A stretch of 63,759 nucleotides of DNA, filler included, from Candidatus Nanoarchaeia archaeon (GTDB lineage: Archaea; Nanobdellota; Nanobdellia; Woesearchaeales; DATDTY01), in assembly GCA_035290625.1 (NCBI GenBank). It is 5 parts of 5 records of this genome, joined end to end, with 100 filler letters (N's around TTAATTAATTAA, not from the genome) between each part and the next. Parts side by side here need not be neighbours in the genome. Positions count along the whole stretch, not along the records: positions 1 to 28,774 come from DATDTY010000049.1; 4 more parts are not named here. The stretch is one strand, 5' to 3'. Position 1 is the stretch's first letter. Each line of letters starts with the position of its first letter. The notes below the pieces were generated by a model. That model was not told the origin of the DNA. It searched no databases and saw only the letters and a list, made by a program, of their open reading frames with translations. A program made the translations under genes and the position numbers. Positions 1 through 9,781 of the stretch are shown one piece after another.

Positions 1-915
1 GGTTAAGTCAACTTAAGTGGGAAAACATAAAATCTCCTTTTTCTTAAAGAAAACCGAAGGATAGCCAAAAAGCGTTGAAGCTGTGCTATCCTTCGGAGGA
101 AGATCAAATGATACAGACAGATCTGAGTAGCTTTAGCTATAAAAAAGGTTCGCTTGTGCCTTGGTGCAAGCGGTGCGAAGCACAGCATTGGTATAGAGAT
201 GGAAAGAACAAGCAAGGCATCCAAAGATACAGATGCAGGCAATGCGGATACCGCTTTCTCTGGACAAGCGACCTGCCCCATAGGAGAATCTTTAGTAACG
301 TAGTGAGTTTTGCAGTTAAGATATACACAGACCTGCGCAAAGCAATCTCACTTCGTGGGATTGCTGAGCTTCTTAAGGAGGTGTTCAATGTTGTGGTCAG
401 CCACGAAGCTGTACGCAAATGGATCAGAGCAGCAAAGAGAACGCTTTATAGACGGGAAATACCTGCAACAACAGCATGGCATGCAGACGAGACCTACATC
501 AAGATTAAGGGAAGTGGGTACTGGTTATGGGTTGTCTATTGCGCAGATACGGACTATGTGCTTGGGTGGCATATCAGTGATACGCATCTGTTTAAGGACG
601 CAAAACAGGTTCTTGAGATGGCACTCAAGAACAACCACGGAGTTAGGCCAGACAAGATAACCACTGATGGCCTCTGGCAGTATCCTGCTGCCATCTACAA
701 AGTCATGGGCTGGAACTGGAGAGAGCATAAGAAAAGGCATATTGTTGACAGTGGCATTGGCAAGAATGCGATCATTGAGAGGCTGAATAGAGAGATTAAA
801 CGAAGGGTTAAGTGGTTCAGCACATTCCAGAGTTTGGGAGGCGCTCAAGCATTCTTTGGGCTATGGTTCTACCACTACAATCAAAGAAAGTCAACACACG
901 CGTGTTGACTTAACC
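1..915 (+). mobile_element. IS6-family insertion sequence
   Basis: Perfect 12-bp TIRs GGTTAAGTCAAC (1-12) / GTTGACTTAACC (904-915) enclose a DDE transposase. Confidence 0.85.
108..908 (+). CDS. IS6-family DDE transposase with N-terminal Zn ribbon
   Basis: CxxC..CxxC, WHADETYIKIKG, ITTDG, NAIIERLN motifs; ATG 108 follows GGAGGA (ORF track starts at 75). Confidence 0.85.
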   Translation: MIQTDLSSFSYKKGSLVPWCKRCEAQHWYRDGKNKQGIQRYRCRQCGYRFLWTSDLPHRRIFSNVVSFAVKIYTDLRKAISLRGIAELLKEVFNVVVSHEAVRKWIRAAKRTLYRREIPATTAWHADETYIKIKGSGYWLWVVYCADTDYVLGWHISDTHLFKDAKQVLEMALKNNHGVRPDKITTDGLWQYPAAIYKVMGWNWREHKKRHIVDSGIGKNAIIERLNREIKRRVKWFSTFQSLGGAQAFFGLWFYHYNQRKSTHAC

Positions 916-959
916 GCTAGTAACTAAGCTTTTTAAATAGAGGGTGTTTAACGATTTCT

Positions 960-3311
960 ATGTGGGGAAATATAACGGAGATATTGAAGAGAGCACATCG
1001 TACCCATGGGATTCCCTTACTTATAATTGCTCTTTTGCCATTTTTCTACCTTCATACATATCTTGACCCAGGAGAAACCTACCGAAGTGATCTGCTATTC
1101 AGGACCGCAAAAGGGGAGATCATAAAAGAATCAATCCTAGAATATGGAGATTTCTACCCTATGTGGAACCCTTATCTCATGTCCGGGGACATGTTCTGGG
1201 CACGCCCTAATTCAGCTGACCTGCTCTACCTCCCCTGGAATCTCATCTTCTTCCTTCCGGCACTCGATGCCTTAAAACTCATCTTGGTCTTGAATATAGC
1301 ATTTGCCGGGATCTCCATGTACTCATTAATGGTCTCACTCAACATCAGACCTCAATTTGCCATAATCTCTGCGTTCACCTACATGTTCAATGGCTGGCTC
1401 ATGGAGCATTTCCAGACAACCCATTTCTCCACTCTAGCGGCATACCCTTTTGTTCCTCTGATTATCCTCTTCACAATAAAAGCCTGCAAAAAGAAGGATT
1501 GGGTCTATTATTCAATTATGACTGGAATCCTCTTCTCCCTCCAAGTATATTCAGGCCCGGACTTAAAAGTGATGATCTGGACAGTTCTTATCTTTGGATT
1601 ATACTTCCCTGTATTCATTCTTGGAAAAAATATGAAGAAAAGAGTCGCAAAAGCTGTATACATCTTTTTTCTTATAGCAGTTGTCCTGCTTGGCTTAACA
1701 GCCCATCGTATCATACCCACAAAAGAAACGTTAGAACAGACACAGCGCCTGCAACTCCCTTGGGAAACCGCCTCAAGCAGAGATATCCAGCCGCGCCAAT
1801 TCTTTACGCGACTTATAGAGCCAATCTATGAAGGAATCCCTAAAATACACCGCACAGGATTTGACCAGAATATCGGTATTGTTGCATTTATATTAGGATG
1901 TTTTGCCATCTGGAAGCAACCAAAAAAGAGGATAACCCTGTACCTCATACTTGTGGTAATACTTTCATTATTTCTGGTGACCGGATCATTTGTCTTTTAC
2001 GTGTTATGGAAATATGTACCACCTTTTGGAGGATTTCGTTATCTCACAAGAACAGTAGTTATATTCGTATTTGCATGGTCCGTATTGGCAGGATTAGGGT
2101 CACAACATCTCTTCTCGTCCATAAAATCAAAATGGCCGCTTCTCTCAAAGAAAGCCTATTGGTCTATCTATACAGGAATACTGTCCCTCTTAATCCTCAA
2201 TCTTCTGGTTTTTGGTCATACTCCTTACAGGGACGAGGTCATCTTTAATTATGAAGACGCAGTAAATAAAAACCCTATCCTAAAAGACCTCAGCGAGAGG
2301 CCTGGCTATTTCAGAATACACACCTATGAAACAAATGGTATTGATTGGTCAACTGATTTCTACACCGTCCCCCTAAAGCTCGAGCATATCCTTGGAGCCG
2401 AAACAGCTTGGGACCCGCGATATTTAAATGAGTTTTTAAGCATCGCAAACAAAAACCCAGCAAAATTATGGGGGTTGCTGAACGTCAAATGGGTAACCGC
2501 CCAAAATAAGATCGATGTAAGCGGCTTAGAATTGGTAAAAGAATACCCTCCTTGCACTGCCTGTGATCCCCATGAAAGATTACGCAAAGCATGGGGACCT
2601 TATCTTTACGAAAATACACTTTTCTTACCACGAGCATATATCGCGCATCACGCAATCCTCGTCGTGGGCGAGACGTCAGCTGCAAAAAATGTCATGTACA
2701 GTTTGTTGATCAGCCCAGATTTTAAAACATCCACAACAATTGTAGTGCTTGGCCCAAAAGAAAAAATAGACCAGTATGATTTAGGCTTCCTTGAGAGATT
2801 TGATGCTATCTTACTAACTCAGGGATCCGTCGGCAACTCACCACCCAATGCTCTTTCACAATATATTGCCGCAGGAGGCACAATCTTCCCTAACATCCTT
2901 TCCGGAGAAACGAATGCTAATCCTAATGAAATATCCATGTTCCTAAAAACCCTTGCTACCCCCATCGACCCAATCGAAGATAATAAAATTGTCAGAAATT
3001 CATTTGATGATATAAGGGTAAGTCTCCCAAAATCAGGCGGATTTTTGGTAATGAGTGAGAAATTCTCTCTCTACCCTTGGTGGCACGCATTTGCCGATGA
3101 TAAAGAAGTTCCCCTGTACGTTTCTGACGGGGTAATCACTGCAGTGCCCTTGAACGAGGAGGATACAATAGAGTTTAAATTCATCATGAAATCCATCTTA
3201 TATTCTGCCATCGTGACTCTCTTTACAATACTGCTCCTCCTAATCTATCTCTCAACAAGAATAAGAAAAAGAAGGCAAGGACAAACAGCAAAAGAAGAAA
3301 ATGGGCTATAA
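960..3311 (+). CDS. YfhO-like polytopic membrane protein (GT-C-fold glycosyltransferase-like)
   Basis: 783 aa; PMWNPYLMSG motif, many TM segments, LPRAY and C-terminal 'MSEKFSLYPWWHAF' YfhO-like region. Confidence 0.7.
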   Translation: MWGNITEILKRAHRTHGIPLLIIALLPFFYLHTYLDPGETYRSDLLFRTAKGEIIKESILEYGDFYPMWNPYLMSGDMFWARPNSADLLYLPWNLIFFLPALDALKLILVLNIAFAGISMYSLMVSLNIRPQFAIISAFTYMFNGWLMEHFQTTHFSTLAAYPFVPLIILFTIKACKKKDWVYYSIMTGILFSLQVYSGPDLKVMIWTVLIFGLYFPVFILGKNMKKRVAKAVYIFFLIAVVLLGLTAHRIIPTKETLEQTQRLQLPWETASSRDIQPRQFFTRLIEPIYEGIPKIHRTGFDQNIGIVAFILGCFAIWKQPKKRITLYLILVVILSLFLVTGSFVFYVLWKYVPPFGGFRYLTRTVVIFVFAWSVLAGLGSQHLFSSIKSKWPLLSKKAYWSIYTGILSLLILNLLVFGHTPYRDEVIFNYEDAVNKNPILKDLSERPGYFRIHTYETNGIDWSTDFYTVPLKLEHILGAETAWDPRYLNEFLSIANKNPAKLWGLLNVKWVTAQNKIDVSGLELVKEYPPCTACDPHERLRKAWGPYLYENTLFLPRAYIAHHAILVVGETSAAKNVMYSLLISPDFKTSTTIVVLGPKEKIDQYDLGFLERFDAILLTQGSVGNSPPNALSQYIAAGGTIFPNILSGETNANPNEISMFLKTLATPIDPIEDNKIVRNSFDDIRVSLPKSGGFLVMSEKFSLYPWWHAFADDKEVPLYVSDGVITAVPLNEEDTIEFKFIMKSILYSAIVTLFTILLLLIYLSTRIRKRRQGQTAKEENGL

Positions 3312-5556
3312 ACTGTTTTCGGAAGAGGCAAAGAACCATGTTCTAGCGGCAGTATTCTTGTTAGCAATAGCCATCCTGCTCCAAAGACAGTTTCTCTCTC
3401 CCGCAAGCGTCCCAAACAGCGACGTCCTTAATGTAGATTACACCTACACCATCAATATGGGGAGGATACTTAAACAATATCATCAATTTCCTCTGTGGAC
3501 CGACACGTATATGGGGGGAATGCCGTTCTTCGTCAATTCCCAATATCCTGTTTTATACTTCACAACGCTATTCCAGATATTCCTTCCTTTCTCAGCCTCA
3601 GCCTTCCTTAATTTCATGACAATATTGAATACATTCCTCAGCGGGCTATTCATGTACCTCTTGATGATATACATTCTTAAAAAAGAGTCTCGTTATGCGG
3701 CAGTTGTATCAGGTTTAATCTGGATGGGAACAATTCCGGTTGTAGGCTGGAACAAGACGTGGCATTTTAGGGCAAATACCATCATTTGGTTGCCTCTTAT
3801 ACTCTTGATGCTTATGAAGGCATACTACACAAAAAAAAATTGGATTGGCTATTCTATGCTTGCGGGATTATTCATGGCATTTGCCTTCCACGGAGGTGGA
3901 GTTGATGTATTCTTATTCTTCTCAGATGTGATAATCTTATTCGGATTCGTGTTTATTATCGGAAAAAATATCAAAAGTCACATCATAAAGATGGCTTTGA
4001 TAGGGACCGTCATGAGTCTCTTCTTCTTTGGTCTAATCGCAGTCAAGCTCATCCCTTTGCTTGAGTTCAGCGATATCAGTAGCAAGTCAGGGGATTATAC
4101 CTTTGAAGAATCCGTTGGAAAGAAAATAACCAAGGTTGATGCAGGGCAACTTCTGAATAGAATGTTCTTTCATAGAGGGAGTGAATCATTAAAAGTGGGG
4201 ATTGCAGCAGTACTCCTTGCAGCAGCCTCGTTCTTCCTTATCCGTAAGCGGATGGTCATTTTTGGAATACTCATAGCAGTTTCAGGGCTCCTTATCGCAT
4301 CAGGATCACCATATTATTATCTGTTCTGGAAATTCGTTCCCGGATTTGGAAAAATTCACCACGTTGAGCGTGCATACTATATATTCACATTTGGAATTGC
4401 GATTCTTGCGGGAATGGGCCTAACCTATATAACTGCCAGGTTCAAGAGACAAAAAAAGATCATATCCGTAATGGCAATCCTTGCACTCATAATCGACATT
4501 GTTGCTTTTGGCTATTATGATTATCATGATTTCATAAACTATGAAAAGGAGATGGAAACAAACCCAATGTGGAACAGATTTGCTAATGACAAAGACATAT
4601 TCCGCGTCCACAAGGTAGATCAATTCATGATAGGTGGAAAAGGAGCCAATTACGGAGCAAAATTTGGGAAAGGAGTATTAATGGGGTTGATCACAGTCTG
4701 GATTCCAGAATACTTCAATGAATATCTGGGCATTGCAAATCGGGATCCAGCAAAGTTCTTTGGAATGCTGAATACAAAATATCTTTACTCGGAAAATCTA
4801 GTGAATATCTCAGGGCTTCGTCTTCTTGACGAAATGCCAGATTGCCTGTATTCAGACTGTAGGGAATCGGGCCCATACCTCTACTTGAATGAAGAGTGGC
4901 TTCCTCGGGCATATCTTGTGGATAACAGCATCCTGATATTAGGGCAGCAGATAAAACCAATGGTATATACCCTAATGTTGAAGGAATCATTTGATCCGAG
5001 GACAACAGTCATTATCCATGGGAGAGATAGTATCAATGATTATTCGTTTGAGGAGCTTAGTCAGTTTTCTGCTATTATACTCACGCAAAATGCAATTACG
5101 GCCGACTCAGGGCTTTTACTTGCGGCATACGTAAGCCAAGGAGGCATACTTCTTCCTAACATCCTCAATGAGACGTTTGCCATGACTGATAGTGATATAA
5201 ACTCTCTTCTCCTAAGTCTCCAAGAAAGAAAAAAAGCACTAGAAGCTTCAGAAGTTGAATTTATAGAATACTCCCCTAGCAAATACGGTCTTAGAATAAA
5301 CTCCAATGCAAAGTTCCTTGTCCTTGCAGAAAAATTCTTCATGTTTGAAGGATGGAGGGCAACGCTTGGGAAAAATAGGCTCCAGCAATATAGGGCTAAT
5401 GGCATCAATACGGCAATATACTTGGGAAACGCTCAAGGACGTCTGGGGTTAAGTTATCTCCCAACCTCCTTCTTGAAAGGACTGTTAATAACCCTTTTCA
5501 CAGCTTTTTTAATGCTGTCTTACTATCTTATCTATAGAATACAAAATAAAAGATGA
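3301..5556 (+). CDS. YfhO-like membrane protein, paralog of 960-3311
   Basis: FPLWTDTYMGGMPF, LPRAY, PEYFNEYL vs PRYLNEFL; same architecture. Confidence 0.7.
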   Translation: MGYKLFSEEAKNHVLAAVFLLAIAILLQRQFLSPASVPNSDVLNVDYTYTINMGRILKQYHQFPLWTDTYMGGMPFFVNSQYPVLYFTTLFQIFLPFSASAFLNFMTILNTFLSGLFMYLLMIYILKKESRYAAVVSGLIWMGTIPVVGWNKTWHFRANTIIWLPLILLMLMKAYYTKKNWIGYSMLAGLFMAFAFHGGGVDVFLFFSDVIILFGFVFIIGKNIKSHIIKMALIGTVMSLFFFGLIAVKLIPLLEFSDISSKSGDYTFEESVGKKITKVDAGQLLNRMFFHRGSESLKVGIAAVLLAAASFFLIRKRMVIFGILIAVSGLLIASGSPYYYLFWKFVPGFGKIHHVERAYYIFTFGIAILAGMGLTYITARFKRQKKIISVMAILALIIDIVAFGYYDYHDFINYEKEMETNPMWNRFANDKDIFRVHKVDQFMIGGKGANYGAKFGKGVLMGLITVWIPEYFNEYLGIANRDPAKFFGMLNTKYLYSENLVNISGLRLLDEMPDCLYSDCRESGPYLYLNEEWLPRAYLVDNSILILGQQIKPMVYTLMLKESFDPRTTVIIHGRDSINDYSFEELSQFSAIILTQNAITADSGLLLAAYVSQGGILLPNILNETFAMTDSDINSLLLSLQERKKALEASEVEFIEYSPSKYGLRINSNAKFLVLAEKFFMFEGWRATLGKNRLQQYRANGINTAIYLGNAQGRLGLSYLPTSFLKGLLITLFTAFLMLSYYLIYRIQNKR

Positions 5557-6500
5557 GAATAAAAATATCCGATCTGGTAAAAGTCTTCGTAGGGACACTT
5601 ATCTTAGTTATACTTATCACACAAGTAGGGCTTGCCAACATCATAAATCAGATAACTGCTGTCAATCCAATATTCTTGCTCCTTGCAGTCATAACATCCT
5701 TTATATCGTTAGTTATAGCAGCCTATAATATTCGTATTTTACTATACCCGTTAAATGTAAAGATACAATTCCCGCAATTATTAAAATACACATTTGCAGT
5801 CTTGGTGGTAGGAGTGTTTGTTCCAGGCAGATTTGGAGAACTATCCCTTATCTATTTTTTAAGGAAGGGGGGCGCAACAGGGATGCAGGCAACCGAGATT
5901 GTTGCAATTCAGAAAGGTATCATATTTCTCTCCACAACCTTCTTTGCAACATTTGGTCTATACATCTTCCTTCAACCATCCCAAGCCGTCATCATATCTT
6001 CCTTCTTCTTGGCTCTCGTTACTGTCTCCTTAATTGTATTTTTCTATACAGGAAAACAAATGGCACAAAAGTATTTTCCAGAGAAATATACCCACAAAAT
6101 CATCTTATTTTTAGATTTGATTGCAGGATATATACAAATTCAGAAAAAAACTCTTGTTATAAATCTAGGGATTTCCCTCCTGAATGGAATCTTATTTGGG
6201 CTAACCTTATTCATACTCTTCTTAGGATACGGTGTCCAGATATCTATATTCCATGCCGTAGTGATCCGAGCTTTGCTAGGAATAGCATCCACAATCCCCC
6301 TGACATTTGGTGGAATAGGGATCCGAGAATCTCTGGGCGTCCTGATTTTTGCGCAGCTTGGAGTAAACATATCCATTGCAACTTCAGTATTTCTCCTCTT
6401 GCTTATTATCCGATTTATATTTGCCGGAGCAGCTTCGTTATTCATACTCGATAAGACCATCCTCTCTTCAAGGAAGAACACACCCCCAACCAACTTCTAA
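5553..6500 (+). CDS. Flippase-like / lysylphosphatidylglycerol synthase TM-domain protein (UPF0104)
   Basis: PGRFGE and PLTFGGIGIRE motifs, multiple TM helices. Confidence 0.75.
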   Translation: MRIKISDLVKVFVGTLILVILITQVGLANIINQITAVNPIFLLLAVITSFISLVIAAYNIRILLYPLNVKIQFPQLLKYTFAVLVVGVFVPGRFGELSLIYFLRKGGATGMQATEIVAIQKGIIFLSTTFFATFGLYIFLQPSQAVIISSFFLALVTVSLIVFFYTGKQMAQKYFPEKYTHKIILFLDLIAGYIQIQKKTLVINLGISLLNGILFGLTLFILFLGYGVQISIFHAVVIRALLGIASTIPLTFGGIGIRESLGVLIFAQLGVNISIATSVFLLLLIIRFIFAGAASLFILDKTILSSRKNTPPTNF

Positions 6501-7513
6501 AAAAAACGAATTCCTAAAAAAGCTTGTAGGACCGAAGATATAGAAATCCTGCTCATGCAGGCTCCAGCCCGATCTCCAAACCTCCCATACACATCATAAC
6601 ACGGGCATCCCTTAACATCAGATTCAATGACGACAGCATTCTTAGGAGCAAACCGCTTTGCAGGCGTAGGCCCGAATAAGGCTATAACTTTTGTTCCAGA
6701 TGCAGCAGCAATATGCAAAGGCCCGGAGTCATGCGTTACCACCACTCTGCATCTTTTCATGAGCTCATAGGTTTCTCCAAATGAAAATCCCGTGCAATCA
6801 ATCAAACCACTATGAGTTAATGCCTCTGCAACCTTCTCATCATTCTTTCCGCCAAATATCAAGAATACCCTCTTTTTCTTCTGTAATTGTGAAATAAGCT
6901 CTCTGTAACTCTCCAATGGCCACCTCTTGAACAGCGCCTTTTGGCCTGGATTCACAGCCCCTCCGGGAGCAATGCCGATCAACTCTTTTCCAGCCAAACC
7001 TTTCTCTCTCAAAAATCTCTCAACGTTTTTTCTTTCATCCTTGGAAGAAAACATCTCAAGCGAATACTTCTTTGGCACCGAAATCCCAATTGCCTGAGCC
7101 AACTGAAGGTACATATCCCCCTCATAGCTCTCTCCCGTATACTGCGCGTTCTTGGTATTCCACTTCCCTTCTCCATATCTGTCAAAGCCAACCCGAACCG
7201 GTATCCCGAAGAGCCTAGCCAGCAATCCAAAATGCCAGGATTTATCCAAAATAAAAACCATGTCAAATCTCTTTTTCCTGATCTTGAAAATCAATGGAAT
7301 CAATCTGAGCCTGCTGAAAAACCTGAAAAAGACTGAGTCGTCAACAGGGATAACTTCTGAGACATGGGGATTGTTCTCCAACACGCCTGCAGACCACCTC
7401 CCGCAAAGATACGAGATCGAAGCGTCAGGATACTGTTTTTTTAACACCCGTATCAATGGCGTTGAGAGCAGCACATCACCGATCCCACCTGACCGAAAAA
7501 GAAGGATTTTCAT
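6497..7513 (-). CDS. Glycosyltransferase family 9 (heptosyltransferase-like)
   Basis: GGIGDVLLSTP, KRWP, DSGPLHIAAA, LFGPT motifs. Confidence 0.9.
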   Translation of the reverse strand: MKILLFRSGGIGDVLLSTPLIRVLKKQYPDASISYLCGRWSAGVLENNPHVSEVIPVDDSVFFRFFSRLRLIPLIFKIRKKRFDMVFILDKSWHFGLLARLFGIPVRVGFDRYGEGKWNTKNAQYTGESYEGDMYLQLAQAIGISVPKKYSLEMFSSKDERKNVERFLREKGLAGKELIGIAPGGAVNPGQKALFKRWPLESYRELISQLQKKKRVFLIFGGKNDEKVAEALTHSGLIDCTGFSFGETYELMKRCRVVVTHDSGPLHIAAASGTKVIALFGPTPAKRFAPKNAVVIESDVKGCPCYDVYGRFGDRAGACMSRISISSVLQAFLGIRFF

Positions 7514-7917
7514 GCAAACACCCACCATTTGTTGAGCTTATAGTTCACGACAGCAATCCCGCATGTCACCAGGATAATCGACACGAGGTAATTAAACCGA
7601 AATGAGATCACTGCTCCCAAAATATTCTCAAGCGCAACAGAGCTCACATAATTAAGAAGGATTGTGGAAATGCTAACAGCAAGGAACCTCACAAATCTCC
7701 TTAAAGCCTCTGAGTGTTTTCTGAAAGTTATCATCATATTAAAAAAGAAATTCAGCAGCAAATTAATGCTCAACCCAACAGCATAAGACGCCTCCCAGGG
7801 AATCAGCAGAATCTCAGTGAGCGCTACAGTAATGGCCCAATTGACTATTGCTCCTAAACCGCCTCCGATTGAAAAGACCCAGAACCTGCTCGATACTACC
7901 CGTTGCATAAAGGACAT
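7510..7917 (-). CDS. GtrA-family small flippase-like protein
   Basis: 135 aa, 4 TM, C-terminal NYKLNKWWVF. Confidence 0.8.
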   Translation of the reverse strand: MSFMQRVVSSRFWVFSIGGGLGAIVNWAITVALTEILLIPWEASYAVGLSINLLLNFFFNMMITFRKHSEALRRFVRFLAVSISTILLNYVSSVALENILGAVISFRFNYLVSIILVTCGIAVVNYKLNKWWVFA

Positions 7918-7947
7918 ATGTTATGTGTTATCCCTATCTTTAAAAAC

Positions 7948-8652
7948 TTATATCCTCCCGAAAAGGCGCATCAGCCTGAGTTTCAGGATCAATGTATAGC
8001 CCTGGGCGAGCTGCTTCAATCCAAGCTTGGACTCCCCGGATGTCCGATCCTTAAATACAATAGGAATCTCACAAATGCGAAACCCCTTGAGATGCGCTTT
8101 AAACAACACCTCCTGCACAATTCCAGGCCCTTGAGCCCGTATTCCAGGAGCGATTGCCTCTAACACCTTTCTCCGGAATGCACGAAACCCGGAATTGCAG
8201 TCCTTGGCCTTTAACCCCAAAAGGAAGCGGATATACAGATTAGCTGCTCTTGTCACAATTCTTCGGATAATCCCCCTTCCGACCTCCTCCCCGCCCTGAA
8301 TCATCCGCGATCCCAAAACAACATCGCATTCCTTCAGTTTCTCCAGCAGCCGCGGAATATCTTTTGGATTATGGGAAAAGTCAGCATCCATCTCAACAAC
8401 CTGCTCTGCGCCTTTTTCCAGAGCGTAGAGAAACCCAGCTTTTCCGGCATTGCCCCTGCCGCGCTCCTCCATACGGCGAAGCAGATGAACTCTCGGCTCT
8501 CTTTTTGAGACATCCTCAACAGCCTTCCATGTGCAGTCAGGGGAATTATCATCTACTACTACGGCTTCAACCTCATGCTTAAGAATCTCCTCCAAAAGAT
8601 TCTCAATATTCTCCAGTTCATTATAGGTAGGAACCACAACAAATGTTTTCAC
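7948..8652 (-). CDS. Polyprenol-phosphate mannosyltransferase (GT2, DPM1-like)
   Basis: VVPTYNE, VDDNSPD, MDADFSH, DCNSGFRAF, FKDR..GESK. Confidence 0.9.
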   Translation of the reverse strand: MKTFVVVPTYNELENIENLLEEILKHEVEAVVVDDNSPDCTWKAVEDVSKREPRVHLLRRMEERGRGNAGKAGFLYALEKGAEQVVEMDADFSHNPKDIPRLLEKLKECDVVLGSRMIQGGEEVGRGIIRRIVTRAANLYIRFLLGLKAKDCNSGFRAFRRKVLEAIAPGIRAQGPGIVQEVLFKAHLKGFRICEIPIVFKDRTSGESKLGLKQLAQGYTLILKLRLMRLFGRI

Positions 8653-9713
8653 CGAATCACCTTCTTCAAGGCCTCAATAAAATCATCCACCTCAAGCATA
8701 TCATTGCAGCTCGGCTTTGCAAGCCCGTCTTTCTTATAGCAGCAGACGCATCCGCCGCGAGGAACCACCTTCTCCCCCATCCCATATAATTCAATCTCGG
8801 CAGAACTTGTCGGAGCAAAAAACGCAACAACCATCTTCCTCAAAGCTATGGCGATATGCATCGCAAGGCTATCACTCGTAACCACAACATCGCAGATGTT
8901 CACAATGCTGGCAAACTGCCTCAAATCATTATCACAACCCGCATCAATAACCCCGCTAACCCCAAAAGCAATCCTCTTATTCCTCCCAGCCTCTTCTGGG
9001 CCGCCTAATAAAATTATCTTAATTTGTTTTTTTGTTTTTTTGTTTTTTGAATTGTTTATTTCTTTTGGATGGAGTTCATTCTTAATTTTTTCAATCAACT
9101 CAATGGTCTTCTCCTCTGATAATATTTTTAGTGGCCACCTTCCGCCAGCTCCTGTATTCACGCCAATAACCAGATCATCCTTCTCAATTCCATTCTTCTT
9201 TGCAAAGCCGTCTCCAAATACCTTCTCCTGTTCTGTCAAATACAAAAGGGTATCAAACTGCTTTGGCCTGATCCCAACAATCTCCTGCATGATCCGCTGC
9301 CAGGTTTTCCTGTTTGCCTTTTTCAGCTCGTCATTCCTCGGCTTCTTGCCCAAAGCAGACATTGCATGCCATTCAGCAGCGCTTGAAGTTGGCACCACTT
9401 TTCCATCCTTCCAGATATATCCGACCTTCTCTCCTGTAAGGCCAGATGCAAACCTGCAAACCTCTTCATCCTCCTCTAAAATAATAATCCTAAAGTATGC
9501 GCTGGCAGCCAAATCTGTGAATCCCCCATCATCCCATAAGATAATCTTCCCGATGAAAGGATTGTTCTTCAGCAGCTCCATGCCACCTTGAGAAGTAACC
9601 CACCATATCGGGTTGCCAGGAAAATGCTCTTTCAATCCCTGAAGCAGGGAAGTTGTGCGCAGCACATCTCCAACAGCTCCAATCTTGACAATGAGGATAG
9701 GATTCATAGTCAT
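8649..9713 (-). CDS. Glycosyltransferase family 9 (heptosyltransferase-like)
   Basis: KIGAVGDVLRTT, DSLAMHIAIAL, FFAPTS. Confidence 0.85.
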   Translation of the reverse strand: MTMNPILIVKIGAVGDVLRTTSLLQGLKEHFPGNPIWWVTSQGGMELLKNNPFIGKIILWDDGGFTDLAASAYFRIIILEEDEEVCRFASGLTGEKVGYIWKDGKVVPTSSAAEWHAMSALGKKPRNDELKKANRKTWQRIMQEIVGIRPKQFDTLLYLTEQEKVFGDGFAKKNGIEKDDLVIGVNTGAGGRWPLKILSEEKTIELIEKIKNELHPKEINNSKNKKTKKQIKIILLGGPEEAGRNKRIAFGVSGVIDAGCDNDLRQFASIVNICDVVVTSDSLAMHIAIALRKMVVAFFAPTSSAEIELYGMGEKVVPRGGCVCCYKKDGLAKPSCNDMLEVDDFIEALKKVIR

Positions 9714-9781
9714 ACAAACCTCGCATGAGTTATAAAGATTTCTAAGCAATTCTTTTAAACCCCAGTTCCTTTTTGGCCTCT

